NCBI GenBank assembly: GCA_017999835.1
Contig: JAGNLA010000002.1
Coordinates: 99,635-163,634 of the forward strand
DNA length: 64,000 nucleotides
Reading direction: 5' to 3'
DNA from: Caldisericia bacterium
GTDB lineage: Bacteria; Caldisericota; Caldisericia; JAAYUI01
Shown piece by piece: positions 46,805-56,430 of the stretch. Position 1 is the first letter of the stretch, and every line of letters begins with the position of its first letter. A program made the position numbers and the translations under genes. Below the pieces are notes generated by a model. That model made no database searches. It saw only the letters and a program-made list of their open reading frames with translations, and was not told where the DNA came from.

Positions 46805-48445
46805 ATGGAACCAAACACACAAAAACCAAGCCAGCGCGTGGCGATATCGGCAAAGCTTGCCCAGGCGCTGCAAAAGATGGATGTAGAATTCACGCCCGAC
46901 GTCATGCGTCCGGACTCTCCCGACCACGGCGACTGGTCCAGCAATTGCGCCATGGCGCTTGCGCGCCAGATGAAGAAGGCGCCGAGGATGGTTGCCGAGG
47001 AAATAATAAAAAACCTTGACCAGACGATGTTTGAGAAGGTTGAGATTGTTGGCCCGGGGTTCATGAACTTTTTCCTCAAGCCAGAGGTTGTCACTAAATT
47101 TGTAAAGGACGCCTGCGACGAAGGTTTCGGCAGGTCGGACTTTGGCAAGGGCACAAAGGTCATGGTGGAGTTTGTCTCGGCAAACCCAACGGGGCCGGTA
47201 ACGGTTGCAAACGGTCGCGGCGCACCTCTGGGCGACTCGATTTCCAGATTGCTTGAGTGGGTCGGTTACAGCGTTCACCGTGAGTTCTACGTCAATGACC
47301 GAGGCTCCAAAGTCACAAACCTTGGACGCTCGCTTGAACAAAGGTACAGACAGGCGCGAGGTTTGGATTGGTCGATGCCTGAAGAAGGGTATCCAGGAGA
47401 ATATCTTCTCGATATCGCAAAGGAAATGGTTCCTGACTTTGGCAACACCCCTTTTGACATGCCAGACTCCGAAAGAGTAGAGTTTTTTGGCAGGCAGGCT
47501 GTCACCAGAATGATCGCCTGGCAGGAAAAGGTATTTGAAAAATTCGGCATAAAGTTTGACCTTTGGTTCTCAGAGGCCAAGATGGCGGCAGAAGGCAAAA
47601 TCGAACAAACTCTTGAAAGGCTGAAAAAAACCGGCTGCATCTACGAAGCCGAGGGTGCAACATGGTTGCGTTCAACGGACTTTGGCGATGACAAGGATTT
47701 TGTCGTGGTCAAATCAACAGGTGACGCCACCTACACGCTTGGCGACATAGCCTACCACATTGGCAAGTTTGACCGTGGCTTTGACCTTGCAATCGACCTG
47801 ATGGGTGCCGACCACCATGGCCACGTTGGTCCGATGCACGCAGGTCTTCAGGCTTTGGGCATCGACCACAACAGGCTTGAGTTTGTCCTCTACCAGCTGG
47901 TGCACCTTTTCAGAGGTGAGGTTCAGGTCAAGATGAGCAAGTCCAGCGGCGAGTTTGTCACGCTCGAGGAGCTGCTTGATGAAGTTGGCGTGGATGCTGC
48001 CAGGTATTTCTACCTCATGCGTTCCAGCGACACCCATCTGAACTTTGACCTTGACCTGGCAAAGTCACAAACAATGGACAATCCGGTCTATTATGTACAG
48101 TATGCCCATGTCAGGTGCTGCGCGATCATGGATGATGAAAGGGCAAAAGACATCGATTTGTCCAAAGCATCGCCGTTTGAGCACCAGCTTGAGAAGGCGC
48201 TTGCCATGGAGCTTGTGACTTTCCCGGACGAGGTGAAGGCGTCAGCGCTTGCCAGAACCCCTCACAGAATTGCCGCATATGCGGAGAAAATTGCGTCAGC
48301 ATTCCATTCCTTCTACTACGAGTGCCACGTGCTAAACGAAGAGCCGGCCATAAAAGCCAGACGCATGCTGCTTGTGAAAGCCACAAGAAACGTCCTGAAA
48401 GGCTGTCTTGACATTTTGGGAGTGAGCGCGCCAAACAGGATGTAA
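46805..48445 (+). CDS. argS: Arginyl-tRNA synthetase with a non-canonical HIGH region.
   Basis: 'VEFVSANPTGPVTVANGRGAPLGD', 'YVNDRGSKV' and 'KMSKS' are present. 547 aa from the ATG at 46805. The upstream ORF extension was rejected because it overlaps the SIR2 gene start. Confidence 0.85.
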   Translation: MEPNTQKPSQRVAISAKLAQALQKMDVEFTPDVMRPDSPDHGDWSSNCAMALARQMKKAPRMVAEEIIKNLDQTMFEKVEIVGPGFMNFFLKPEVVTKFVKDACDEGFGRSDFGKGTKVMVEFVSANPTGPVTVANGRGAPLGDSISRLLEWVGYSVHREFYVNDRGSKVTNLGRSLEQRYRQARGLDWSMPEEGYPGEYLLDIAKEMVPDFGNTPFDMPDSERVEFFGRQAVTRMIAWQEKVFEKFGIKFDLWFSEAKMAAEGKIEQTLERLKKTGCIYEAEGATWLRSTDFGDDKDFVVVKSTGDATYTLGDIAYHIGKFDRGFDLAIDLMGADHHGHVGPMHAGLQALGIDHNRLEFVLYQLVHLFRGEVQVKMSKSSGEFVTLEELLDEVGVDAARYFYLMRSSDTHLNFDLDLAKSQTMDNPVYYVQYAHVRCCAIMDDERAKDIDLSKASPFEHQLEKALAMELVTFPDEVKASALARTPHRIAAYAEKIASAFHSFYYECHVLNEEPAIKARRMLLVKATRNVLKGCLDILGVSAPNRM

Positions 48446-48466
48446 GAATTTTTATCTAATCACTAT

Positions 48467-48498
48467 AAAAAGATGCTCTCAAAAAGAGCATCTTTTTT
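48467..48498 (+). terminator. Rho-independent terminator of argS.
   Basis: aaaa-agatgctct-caaaa-agagcatct-ttttt. Confidence 0.85.
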
Positions 48499-48586
48499 GT
48501 TATCTATTGCCATTGTCAGTTAAATTAAATACTATCTGGTCATCAATTTGGGAGTCAAGCACCCCACAAAAAAAGGATACAAAGAC

Positions 48587-49615
48587 ATGAACATTGAATT
48601 TAGAAGGCTTGGGTACGACGAGATAATAAACAACTGCTTTGCCCAGTTCAAAGCATTCAACGATGCCTTCAGTAAAGACATTTATCCTGATGAAAACCCG
48701 GACACCGAAGACAGGCTCAAGGAGATAATTCACGAACGTGACTGCGATTTTTACAGGTTCACTGCCTTCGACGGTGACAAGATAGTTGGCTCGATATCCT
48801 CAGGCAAGCTCAAGCCGGAGCATCCAGAATACAGCTCTAGAAAGCATGTCAGCTGGCTTGAAGGTTTTGTCCTTCCACAGTACAGAAGGCGAGGGATTGG
48901 AAAGCAGCTCGTTAGGCAAGCACTCGAAATGGCTTCCCAAAACGGTGTCGAGGTCGTCAAACCCTACACCTATTGCGATGAAGGCTTTGCGTTCATCGAA
49001 AGCCTTGGCGGAAAAGCGGTTTCGGCTCAGTCTGACAGGACACTGGAGCTTGACAAACTCGACTGGTCTCTGGTTGAATCCTGGCTCAAAATCCCTATTG
49101 GAGACCTGAAACTGGAATATTTTTCAGAATTCTCAGATGAGCTTATGGAAAGGCTCATTGATGTTTCATTTGCCTCGACGCAGGAAGTGTCTGCCATGGA
49201 CAGCTGCGAGGTGCCACCAACCCTTGATGGTGAAAGGCATTCGCTGAGGGAATTCTCAGATTACATTAAAAATACTGGTACGAGATACCATTGTCTGCTT
49301 TTGACCGACGAAGCCGGAAACATCCTTGGTTACACTGAAGGAACCATTCCCCCGGAAGACCCTGATGTTTTCAGGCAAGCCATGACAATGGTCTGGAAAC
49401 ACCATCGTGGCAAGGGTTATGGCAAGTTCCTCAAAGCAGCGATGCTCGACTTTATCCGCAAAAACCTGCCAAACATAAAAAAACAGGTGACAGGCAACAA
49501 CGACCTTAATGCCCCGATGCTTGCCATCAACCTAAAGCTGGGCTTCCAGCTTGTCAGGCAGTGGAAGGTCTACAGAGTTGAGGTGGCAAAAGCGCTGGAC
49601 AATCTCAAAATGTAA
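48587..49615 (+). CDS. Double-GNAT acyl-CoA N-acyltransferase. Paralog 1 of 4.
   Basis: 343 aa. The N-terminal half has 'VLPQYRRRGIGKQLV'. The C-terminal half has 'VWKHHRGKGYGKFLKAAML...TGNNDLNAPMLAINLKLGF'. RBS aaaaagga. Confidence 0.7.
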   Translation: MNIEFRRLGYDEIINNCFAQFKAFNDAFSKDIYPDENPDTEDRLKEIIHERDCDFYRFTAFDGDKIVGSISSGKLKPEHPEYSSRKHVSWLEGFVLPQYRRRGIGKQLVRQALEMASQNGVEVVKPYTYCDEGFAFIESLGGKAVSAQSDRTLELDKLDWSLVESWLKIPIGDLKLEYFSEFSDELMERLIDVSFASTQEVSAMDSCEVPPTLDGERHSLREFSDYIKNTGTRYHCLLLTDEAGNILGYTEGTIPPEDPDVFRQAMTMVWKHHRGKGYGKFLKAAMLDFIRKNLPNIKKQVTGNNDLNAPMLAINLKLGFQLVRQWKVYRVEVAKALDNLKM

Positions 49616-49711
49616 ATTCCAAAGCTATTGCCGACAAAAGTTAATTCCAATATCATCCAAAAACAAGAAACACGTGGGAGGTCCACGACCACAGACAAAG
49701 GAAATATTGAT

Positions 49712-50755
49712 ATGAACATAGAAATTAGAAAAGTAGAAAAAGAAGAACTTCTGGGAGATTTGTATCAGACCTACAGAATCCTTGCAATCAGGGACTTTGC
49801 CGACATGTACCCGGAGGAATCTACATTGAATGATGAGATCATCAGAACAAGACTCGAAAACAAAAATTATGATGAAAGCAATTATTTTGCTTTTTTGGAT
49901 GGGCAAATGATTGGCTATTCCGATATTAGCAGACCCAGCAGAAGCAATCCTGCTTATGAACAAAACAAGAACAGAATTGGTTTTTGGGCTTTTATTTTGC
50001 CAGAGTATAGAAAACAGGGGCTAGGTGTAAAGCTACTTACGATGGCACTTGAAGATCCACTGCGTGAGTATATCCAAAGGCTCAGAACTTCAGCGTACAG
50101 CGCCGATGGTCGAAGGTTCGTCGAGTCGCTCGGTGGCAAGGTTGTAGAAAAAAGTTCCACACGAGAGCTTCTTGTCAAAGACATTGACTGGGAGCTGGTA
50201 GAATCATGGAAAAACATGAGTTTCTCTCCAGACAAAAAACCGGTTATAGAGTTTCATAGTAAAATTGACTGGCAAATTGTTGAGCAATTCCTGGACCTGT
50301 CTTTTGAAATAAACCTGGAACTCAGCCAGATGGACAATCGCGAGTTTATTCACACCAGAGAGTCTGAGGAGCATGACTGGAAAGAAATGCTGGAGTACTG
50401 GGGTAAAACTGGCTTTGAAAATGAATGTTTCATTCTGAAAGATTCTGCTGGTTCAACCATTGGCTACACAATGTGCATTTTCTCATCCAGAGATCCAGAC
50501 ACTGTCGGTCAAAGTATGACTGCTGTCTGGAAGCACCTCCGAGGCAACGGTTATGGACAGCTCCTGAAAGCTTTGATGCTTGAAAATATTAGGACAAACC
50601 ATCCGCAGATAGTAAAAATCAACACCAGCAACAACGATCTCAACGACCCAATGGTGGGTATAAACAGAAAGCTTGGGTTTGTAGAAAAAAGTCTCTGGTG
50701 TTCGTATATTGTCGACTACAGTGAGGCAATTGAAAAACTGAGGAGCAAAAAATGA
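49712..50755 (+). CDS. Double-GNAT acyl-CoA N-acyltransferase. Paralog 2 of 4.
   Basis: 'MNIEIRKVEKEELLG', 'ILPEYRKQGLGVKLL', 'VWKHLRGNGYGQLLKALML...TSNNDLNDPMVGINRKLGF'. Confidence 0.7.
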   Translation: MNIEIRKVEKEELLGDLYQTYRILAIRDFADMYPEESTLNDEIIRTRLENKNYDESNYFAFLDGQMIGYSDISRPSRSNPAYEQNKNRIGFWAFILPEYRKQGLGVKLLTMALEDPLREYIQRLRTSAYSADGRRFVESLGGKVVEKSSTRELLVKDIDWELVESWKNMSFSPDKKPVIEFHSKIDWQIVEQFLDLSFEINLELSQMDNREFIHTRESEEHDWKEMLEYWGKTGFENECFILKDSAGSTIGYTMCIFSSRDPDTVGQSMTAVWKHLRGNGYGQLLKALMLENIRTNHPQIVKINTSNNDLNDPMVGINRKLGFVEKSLWCSYIVDYSEAIEKLRSKK

Positions 50756-51783
50756 ACATAGAAATTAGGAAAGTTGACAAGGAAGAGTTGCTGGGTGAAT
50801 ATTTTGACGCATACTGCAAAATTGTCAGACTCCAACGAGCCCAGTTTGCTCCTGACAATCCACCACCATCAAACGAGCGAATCCGAATTGGACTGGAGGA
50901 AGCGAGCGAGGACTGGCAGGTAATACGGTATATGGGATTTGCAGGAATAGATGCAATTGGATTGCTGGAATTTGGTTCTTTGAAACCTGAGTCACCCGAT
51001 TATTCCAAAAACAAGGAGATTGGCTGGCTGGACATTTTTATTGTCGACTCACACCGAAGGCAAGGAATAGGCACGAAATTTGCCAAGCAGGCAATCTTGA
51101 CTTTGAAGGAGTTAGGAGTCACAAAAATAGATGCAGGTTCAGTTTCTCAAAATGGTCAGCGATTTTTGGAACAACTTGGGGCAACTCTTAAATCAAAGTT
51201 TTCTGACAGAAATCTTGATTTGAACACGATGAACTGGAGCATTGCCGATGACTGGCTTGAAATCAGGAACAAGCTGCCAGATAAATGGTCAATTGAGTTT
51301 CATGTCGAGATTTCTGACAATTTCATCGAACAGGTAATTGATGTAAGTCATGACATTGTCTGTGAGTTAAGGGCAATGAGTAGTTACGAGTTTGTATCAA
51401 CACGCGAGTCAGAAATTAAGGACTGGAAAGAATTTGCCAGATGGGTTGAAAAGACTGGCGAAAAATATTCATGTTTCCTCATAAAAGATGATTCCGGCAA
51501 AGTCGTTGGGTACACTGAAGGCGGTTTCCGCAATGACAACCCAGCTCAGTTCCAACAATATGTCACTGGCGTAACAAAATCCAAAAGAGGTTTGGGACTT
51601 GGAAAACTACTCAAGGCGTTGATGCTTGATTATATCAGACGAGAACACCCCGAAGTCCAAAAAATCTCAACCGGCAGCAACGATTTGAACGACCCAATGC
51701 ATGGCATCAATAACATCCTTGGCTTCACACCCGGTGTTACCCGTTCAAACTACCGCATCTTAGTTGAAGAAACCATGAAATAA
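50752..51783 (+). CDS. Double-GNAT acyl-CoA N-acyltransferase. Paralog 3 of 4.
   Basis: 'MNIEIRKVDKEELLG', 'IVDSHRRQGIGTKFA', 'TKSKRGLGLGKLLKALML...TGSNDLNDPMHGINNILGF'. ATGA overlap with paralog 2. Confidence 0.7.
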   Translation: MNIEIRKVDKEELLGEYFDAYCKIVRLQRAQFAPDNPPPSNERIRIGLEEASEDWQVIRYMGFAGIDAIGLLEFGSLKPESPDYSKNKEIGWLDIFIVDSHRRQGIGTKFAKQAILTLKELGVTKIDAGSVSQNGQRFLEQLGATLKSKFSDRNLDLNTMNWSIADDWLEIRNKLPDKWSIEFHVEISDNFIEQVIDVSHDIVCELRAMSSYEFVSTRESEIKDWKEFARWVEKTGEKYSCFLIKDDSGKVVGYTEGGFRNDNPAQFQQYVTGVTKSKRGLGLGKLLKALMLDYIRREHPEVQKISTGSNDLNDPMHGINNILGFTPGVTRSNYRILVEETMK

Positions 51784-51793
51784 TGGAGTAAAG

Positions 51794-52792
51794 ATGAGTC
51801 AGGGAATTTCAATCAGACAAATTGAAAAACATGACCTGCTTGGTGAAAGCCTCAAGGCGTTTCTTGCATTCTTCAAAACCATGAACCTTGAAACATATCC
51901 AGAAGAAAAACCCTGGAGCGACAACCAGATAACCGACATCATAAAACAGAGCAGTGACAAGATGTTTCGGGTGTGCGCTCTTGATGGCGACAAGATGGTT
52001 GCCTATTCATCGCTTGACTGGAGCTTGTGCAAGCCTGGATTTGGCAGGAGTTTCATTAACGTCCTGCCAGATTACAGAAGACAAGGTCTTGGCTCAGATA
52101 TTTTTAGCCAGGTTCTCGGCCATACCCGAAACATCGGTCTTTCAAAACTGATATGCCAGACACATCATCAGTCCGGCGAGGAGTTCATGACCAGCCGGGG
52201 TGGAAAGATTGTTGCCAAAGAGTCCACCCGGACGCTTTTGATGACCAGTGTCGACTGGAGCCTTGTCGACAACTGGATTGCCATAGGGAAAATCCGCAAT
52301 CCATCGCTGAAACTTATCTTTTCAAGGCATGTTGACGACTCGATGATCCCAGGTTTGGCAACAGTCTCGCTTGAGATTGAAAGGGATTTGATGTCTCTAA
52401 ATGCAAATCAAATAGACATTTCTTACGAGTTTGAGGTTGAGGAATGGAAACGAAGGCAAGCTGAAGCGACAAGCCCAAACCAGTCAAGAATATTTCTATT
52501 TGTCCATGACGGCTGTGGCGAGATTGTCGGATACTCCAACGTTTCCATTCAAAACAGCGACCCCACCTTTGCCAGACAAGGCATGACCGCTGTCAAAAAG
52601 GATTGCCGCGGTGCAGGCATAGGAAAGCTCCTCAAGGCAGCCATGCTTCGATTCATCAAGGATAATCATCCTGAAATTGTAAAGGTTTCCACAGGCAACA
52701 ACGACTTGAACGCGCCAATCGTTGCCATCAACGAAAAGCTTGGTTTTACCAAAGGAGTTTGCTGGACAAACTTTGAACTTGAAGTAAGTTAA
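51794..52792 (+). CDS. Double-GNAT acyl-CoA N-acyltransferase. Paralog 4 of 4.
   Basis: 'VLPDYRRQGLGSDIF', 'VKKDCRGAGIGKLLKAAML...TGNNDLNAPIVAINEKLGF'. Confidence 0.7.
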   Translation: MSQGISIRQIEKHDLLGESLKAFLAFFKTMNLETYPEEKPWSDNQITDIIKQSSDKMFRVCALDGDKMVAYSSLDWSLCKPGFGRSFINVLPDYRRQGLGSDIFSQVLGHTRNIGLSKLICQTHHQSGEEFMTSRGGKIVAKESTRTLLMTSVDWSLVDNWIAIGKIRNPSLKLIFSRHVDDSMIPGLATVSLEIERDLMSLNANQIDISYEFEVEEWKRRQAEATSPNQSRIFLFVHDGCGEIVGYSNVSIQNSDPTFARQGMTAVKKDCRGAGIGKLLKAAMLRFIKDNHPEIVKVSTGNNDLNAPIVAINEKLGFTKGVCWTNFELEVS

Positions 52793-52857
52793 TAAGTGAA
52801 CCTGAACCCTGCCAAGGCTTGTATTCCTTTCAGGATTGGTTGTTTGCCTGGAGGAAT

Positions 52858-55158
52858 ATGAAAAAGTTTATTATCACATTGGTTTTGGGGTTGGTAATGC
52901 TTTCGTCAAGTGTTGGCATCAGAACAGATTCGAGCGTCCAGCTGAGCCCTTTAATAAAAACAAACCCTTTAAAAACCAGTTTTAATCACTATATACTAGT
53001 CAAAGATGGTGACTGCGACACCTTTTCAACACTGAAAAGGCCAAATTCTTTTCCTCTAAACTCTCGAATCATCGACACCGATTTCAACATACTCAAACAA
53101 ACACCATATCTTGACGGGTTGTATTTCTTTGACGGACAAAACTTTGCGGAAAGGTTTTATTTTCCAACCTTCTCAGCACCAAGTTCGCCATCATCGCTTT
53201 TGACCGTTGATGGGCAACATTACTATATCCCGGGAGGCTGGGACACCTATCCTTTGGAAAACATCTGCTCATACCGTTCGGGCAAAAAGGTTGAGTTTTG
53301 CAGGCTTGACACTGGAGAGATGTTTGCAACGTTTGACTTTGCCGAGACAAAAAACCCACCGTATCTTCTGGAAAACGGGAAGCTTGCCGTTATGTTTGAC
53401 AAAACAAACATCAAGCTGCTTGACCTGACAAACCAAAAGGTGCTGTACCAAACAAAATCCATTCAAAACTGGGATGCTGGCAACGGTGTCTTTGCTACGT
53501 CAAGTGCGATTTTCAACTACCGAACAGGTGAAAGCTTTGATTTGTCCAATCTGGGTCTGGACATTATATTTACACATATCCTGATAAAGAAGGATTATGT
53601 CGAGTTCTATGTTGACGTTGACCGCAACTCGAAAATGTCTGACAACCCAAGGATTGTTCGGGTTGGTTTTGATGGCAGGATAATTGAGACGATCCAGATG
53701 TCGTTTTTGCAAAAAGGCCAGGATTTCAGAATTCTTCAGTCAAAAGGCGACATAGTTCTTGTAAATCTTTGGAAATTACAATACGGGACAGAAGCTTCAA
53801 TTTCAGCCTACAGTCTGTCAACAGGCCAGATGTTGTGGGAGCAGGCTTTTGGCAATAATCTTGATACATACGACGAAGTGTTCATTTCAAACGAGAAAGA
53901 ACCGAAAGTGATTCTCCATGTTTGCCACCAGCTGGTCAAACTGGATTTAAATTCTGGAAATATCGAAAAAAGCATTAATTGGATTTACCAGCAAGTTTAC
54001 GATCCAAGGCTTGCTTTTATCAAAGGCGATCTTGTTTATGCAATGCAGGAGAGCACCAACTGTGTATTTGACAAGTATTCAATTGAAAAGATGGATTCAC
54101 AGGGCAACAAGGCTCCTGTAGAAATCCCTTTCCAAGTGCACGAGGCACTCATCGATTCCTTTGAAGACAAAGTTTATCTGGTAAGCAGAAAAATGATGGC
54201 TGACATGTCAGCTCTGATTGTTGACACTGCCATCATTGACCCCAAAACAGGAGTTGCCACAAAAAGCATTTCGTTTGTGGCAGAGGGAGTTGATGCCAAA
54301 GCAGTTACTCTGGATGGAAAATTCCTTTTTGTTTTTGGAGCGATAAAACAAACGGTTTATGACCTTTCAACCGGAAAAAAGGCAGTACTCGACGATACAA
54401 AATCAAGTCCTTGCGGCAGCATAAGCAGCAAGGTGGCAGGGGACAAGATTTATGTCCTTGCAAACTTTGCAGACAAAAAAGATGTTTTGACGGTGTTCGA
54501 CACAAATCTTGTCCAGCTGTCAAAAACCTGGGGGCTGGGAGATGCTGCAAAAATACTTTTTGCCAACGACAAGTATGTGATTTTTGGCAAGAGTAGTCCC
54601 GAAGGCATGGTGGTTTCAGACTGCAACGGCAACTGGTGGGACTCAAGCAGCTCATGCGTCATGCTTGACGGCGATTTCGCTGTCATCAAGAAGAACGGAA
54701 CTGCAAACGACTTTTTCAGGTTGAACCTTGAAACCAGGCAGGTTGAAGTCCTCGGTCAAAAGAACGTTTGGTCGTATCCGATCACCACATCTTTAGGTAA
54801 CACCTTTTTTGGTGGACGCAACACCTATGACAGGGACTTAAACTGGCTCCAGACCGACATGTACATCTCCAGAATTTTCCCGTCAACTGACAAGATTTAT
54901 GCACAACCATCATACTTTTTCGGCTCGGTTGTGGAGTTGAAACCTGCGCCATGCTATACCCTAAAAAGAGTTAGCAACAACTCATTTACAATTCAGAACA
55001 GCCGTGGCGATGAGCTTGCAGACAGCCTTTATGGCTGCGCCTATGCTTTTACCACCCCAAACAACACCATCGACCGACCAACAAAACTTGAGGGAGTGCA
55101 AAGATTTGAAAACCTCAAACCAGAGCAGTCGGCAACCTTGAAGTTTGATCTTGGTTAA
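52858..55158 (+). CDS. Large secreted hypothetical protein (766 aa).
   Basis: Signal peptide 'MKKFIITLVLGLVMLSSSVG'. RBS GGAGG. No recognisable domain. Confidence 0.5.
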   Translation: MKKFIITLVLGLVMLSSSVGIRTDSSVQLSPLIKTNPLKTSFNHYILVKDGDCDTFSTLKRPNSFPLNSRIIDTDFNILKQTPYLDGLYFFDGQNFAERFYFPTFSAPSSPSSLLTVDGQHYYIPGGWDTYPLENICSYRSGKKVEFCRLDTGEMFATFDFAETKNPPYLLENGKLAVMFDKTNIKLLDLTNQKVLYQTKSIQNWDAGNGVFATSSAIFNYRTGESFDLSNLGLDIIFTHILIKKDYVEFYVDVDRNSKMSDNPRIVRVGFDGRIIETIQMSFLQKGQDFRILQSKGDIVLVNLWKLQYGTEASISAYSLSTGQMLWEQAFGNNLDTYDEVFISNEKEPKVILHVCHQLVKLDLNSGNIEKSINWIYQQVYDPRLAFIKGDLVYAMQESTNCVFDKYSIEKMDSQGNKAPVEIPFQVHEALIDSFEDKVYLVSRKMMADMSALIVDTAIIDPKTGVATKSISFVAEGVDAKAVTLDGKFLFVFGAIKQTVYDLSTGKKAVLDDTKSSPCGSISSKVAGDKIYVLANFADKKDVLTVFDTNLVQLSKTWGLGDAAKILFANDKYVIFGKSSPEGMVVSDCNGNWWDSSSSCVMLDGDFAVIKKNGTANDFFRLNLETRQVEVLGQKNVWSYPITTSLGNTFFGGRNTYDRDLNWLQTDMYISRIFPSTDKIYAQPSYFFGSVVELKPAPCYTLKRVSNNSFTIQNSRGDELADSLYGCAYAFTTPNNTIDRPTKLEGVQRFENLKPEQSATLKFDLG

Positions 55159-55430
55159 GTAGACGAAACCGCGCCTGTCCATCTTGCTGTGTTTTCAAAC
55201 GGTTTTTACGATAAAAAGAACACCAACCCTGAGAAAAACAAATATGCCTATGTCGGTACCTATCTTAGCGATGAAAACCCAATGTTGATCTACATTGGCA
55301 GCTGGATAACAAAATAAAGATAATACTTATTTAATAATTTTTATTAACTGATTTTTATAAAGTTGTGATTATTACATAAATAATTGGTATTTCAACTCCT
55401 TTTTCATTACAATCAGGTTACATCACGTTC

Positions 55431-55459
55431 TTGAACATTTCACTGCATGCATTTATCCT
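55431..55459 (+). promoter_or_regulatory. Candidate sigma-70 promoter for the cbi operon (TTGAAC-N17-TATCCT).
   Basis: Hexamers at 55431..55436 and 55454..55459. RBS GGAGG lies 7 nt before the cbiM ATG. Confidence 0.35.
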
Positions 55460-55492
55460 CACCACCTGTGAAATCATTATGGAGGTTTATTC

Positions 55493-56137
55493 ATGCACAT
55501 ACCTGATGGATTTCTTTCTGTACCGACAAGCGCCACGTTAATTGGCGTATCGGGTGCCTCTTTGGGTTTTTCAATCTGGAAAACCACTAAAGAGCTTGTT
55601 GAGAAGCAGGTTCCCCTGCTTGCAGTTACGGCTGCGTTTATCTTTGCAGCCCAGATGCTCAATTTCCCTGTTGCAGTTGGCACGTCAGGCCATTTCTTGG
55701 GCGCGATGCTTGCTGCCGTTTTGCTTGGTCCCTATGCCTCATTTATTGTCATCTCTATTGTTCTGGTTCTTCAGGCGCTGATATTCAAAGACGGCGGCCT
55801 GCTGGCAATGGGTGCCAACATCTTCAACATGGCGTTCATGGGCGGACTCGTCTGTTCGTGGATTTTTGCCGGATTGAAGAAAATCCTCCCAAAAAACAAG
55901 AGTGTTTTCCTTGTTCTTGTTGGCGTGGTTTCATGGCTGTCTGTGGTGTTAGCATCGTTTGCATGCTCAACCGAACTGGCAATCTCTGGCACATTCCAGT
56001 TTGTGCCGGTCACCTGGTCGATGTTTATTGTTCACGCCATTATTGGATGCGGTGAGGCAATAATAACAGTTGCCGTTATTTCACTGATTCTTGGCGTCCG
56101 TCCAGACCTTGTGGCCATGTGGGATGGTGGTAAATGA
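55493..56137 (+). CDS. cbiM: ECF transporter substrate-capture component CbiM/NikM.
   Basis: N-terminal 'MHIPDGFLS' signature. About 6 TM helices. Confidence 0.85.
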   Translation: MHIPDGFLSVPTSATLIGVSGASLGFSIWKTTKELVEKQVPLLAVTAAFIFAAQMLNFPVAVGTSGHFLGAMLAAVLLGPYASFIVISIVLVLQALIFKDGGLLAMGANIFNMAFMGGLVCSWIFAGLKKILPKNKSVFLVLVGVVSWLSVVLASFACSTELAISGTFQFVPVTWSMFIVHAIIGCGEAIITVAVISLILGVRPDLVAMWDGGK

Positions 56138-56430
56138 ACAAAAAAAACCTGCTGTTTGTTATCATCGGTTTGGTTGTAGCCGTGGCTCTTGCCATTTTCA
56201 TCTCGCCTTTCGCCTCACCCGATCCAGACGGATTGGAGAGGGTTGCCGAGGACAAGGGTTTCATTGACAAAGCTCAAGACACCTGGACAAGCGCCCCGCT
56301 TCCGGATTACACTGTACCTGGAATCGGCAACGAAAGCCTGTCTACAGCCCTGGCCGGTGCCATTGGCACGGTTGTGGTTTTCGGCGTTGGACTTGGCGTA
56401 GCGTTTGTTTTAAAGAAAAGAGCTGTTTGA
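56134..56430 (+). CDS. cbiN: Small membrane component with a PDGLE motif (CbiN / NikL-like).
   Basis: N-terminal TM helix, then 'SPDPDGLERVAED', then a C-terminal TM helix. Translationally coupled on both sides. Confidence 0.55.
   Translation: MNKKNLLFVIIGLVVAVALAIFISPFASPDPDGLERVAEDKGFIDKAQDTWTSAPLPDYTVPGIGNESLSTALAGAIGTVVVFGVGLGVAFVLKKRAV

Noticed and set aside
55159-55492. Looked for a cobalamin or NiCo riboswitch upstream of cbiM.
   Set aside because: No B12-box (gccactg-like) or other aptamer consensus I can recognise. I retained only a weak promoter call. An Infernal scan would settle it.
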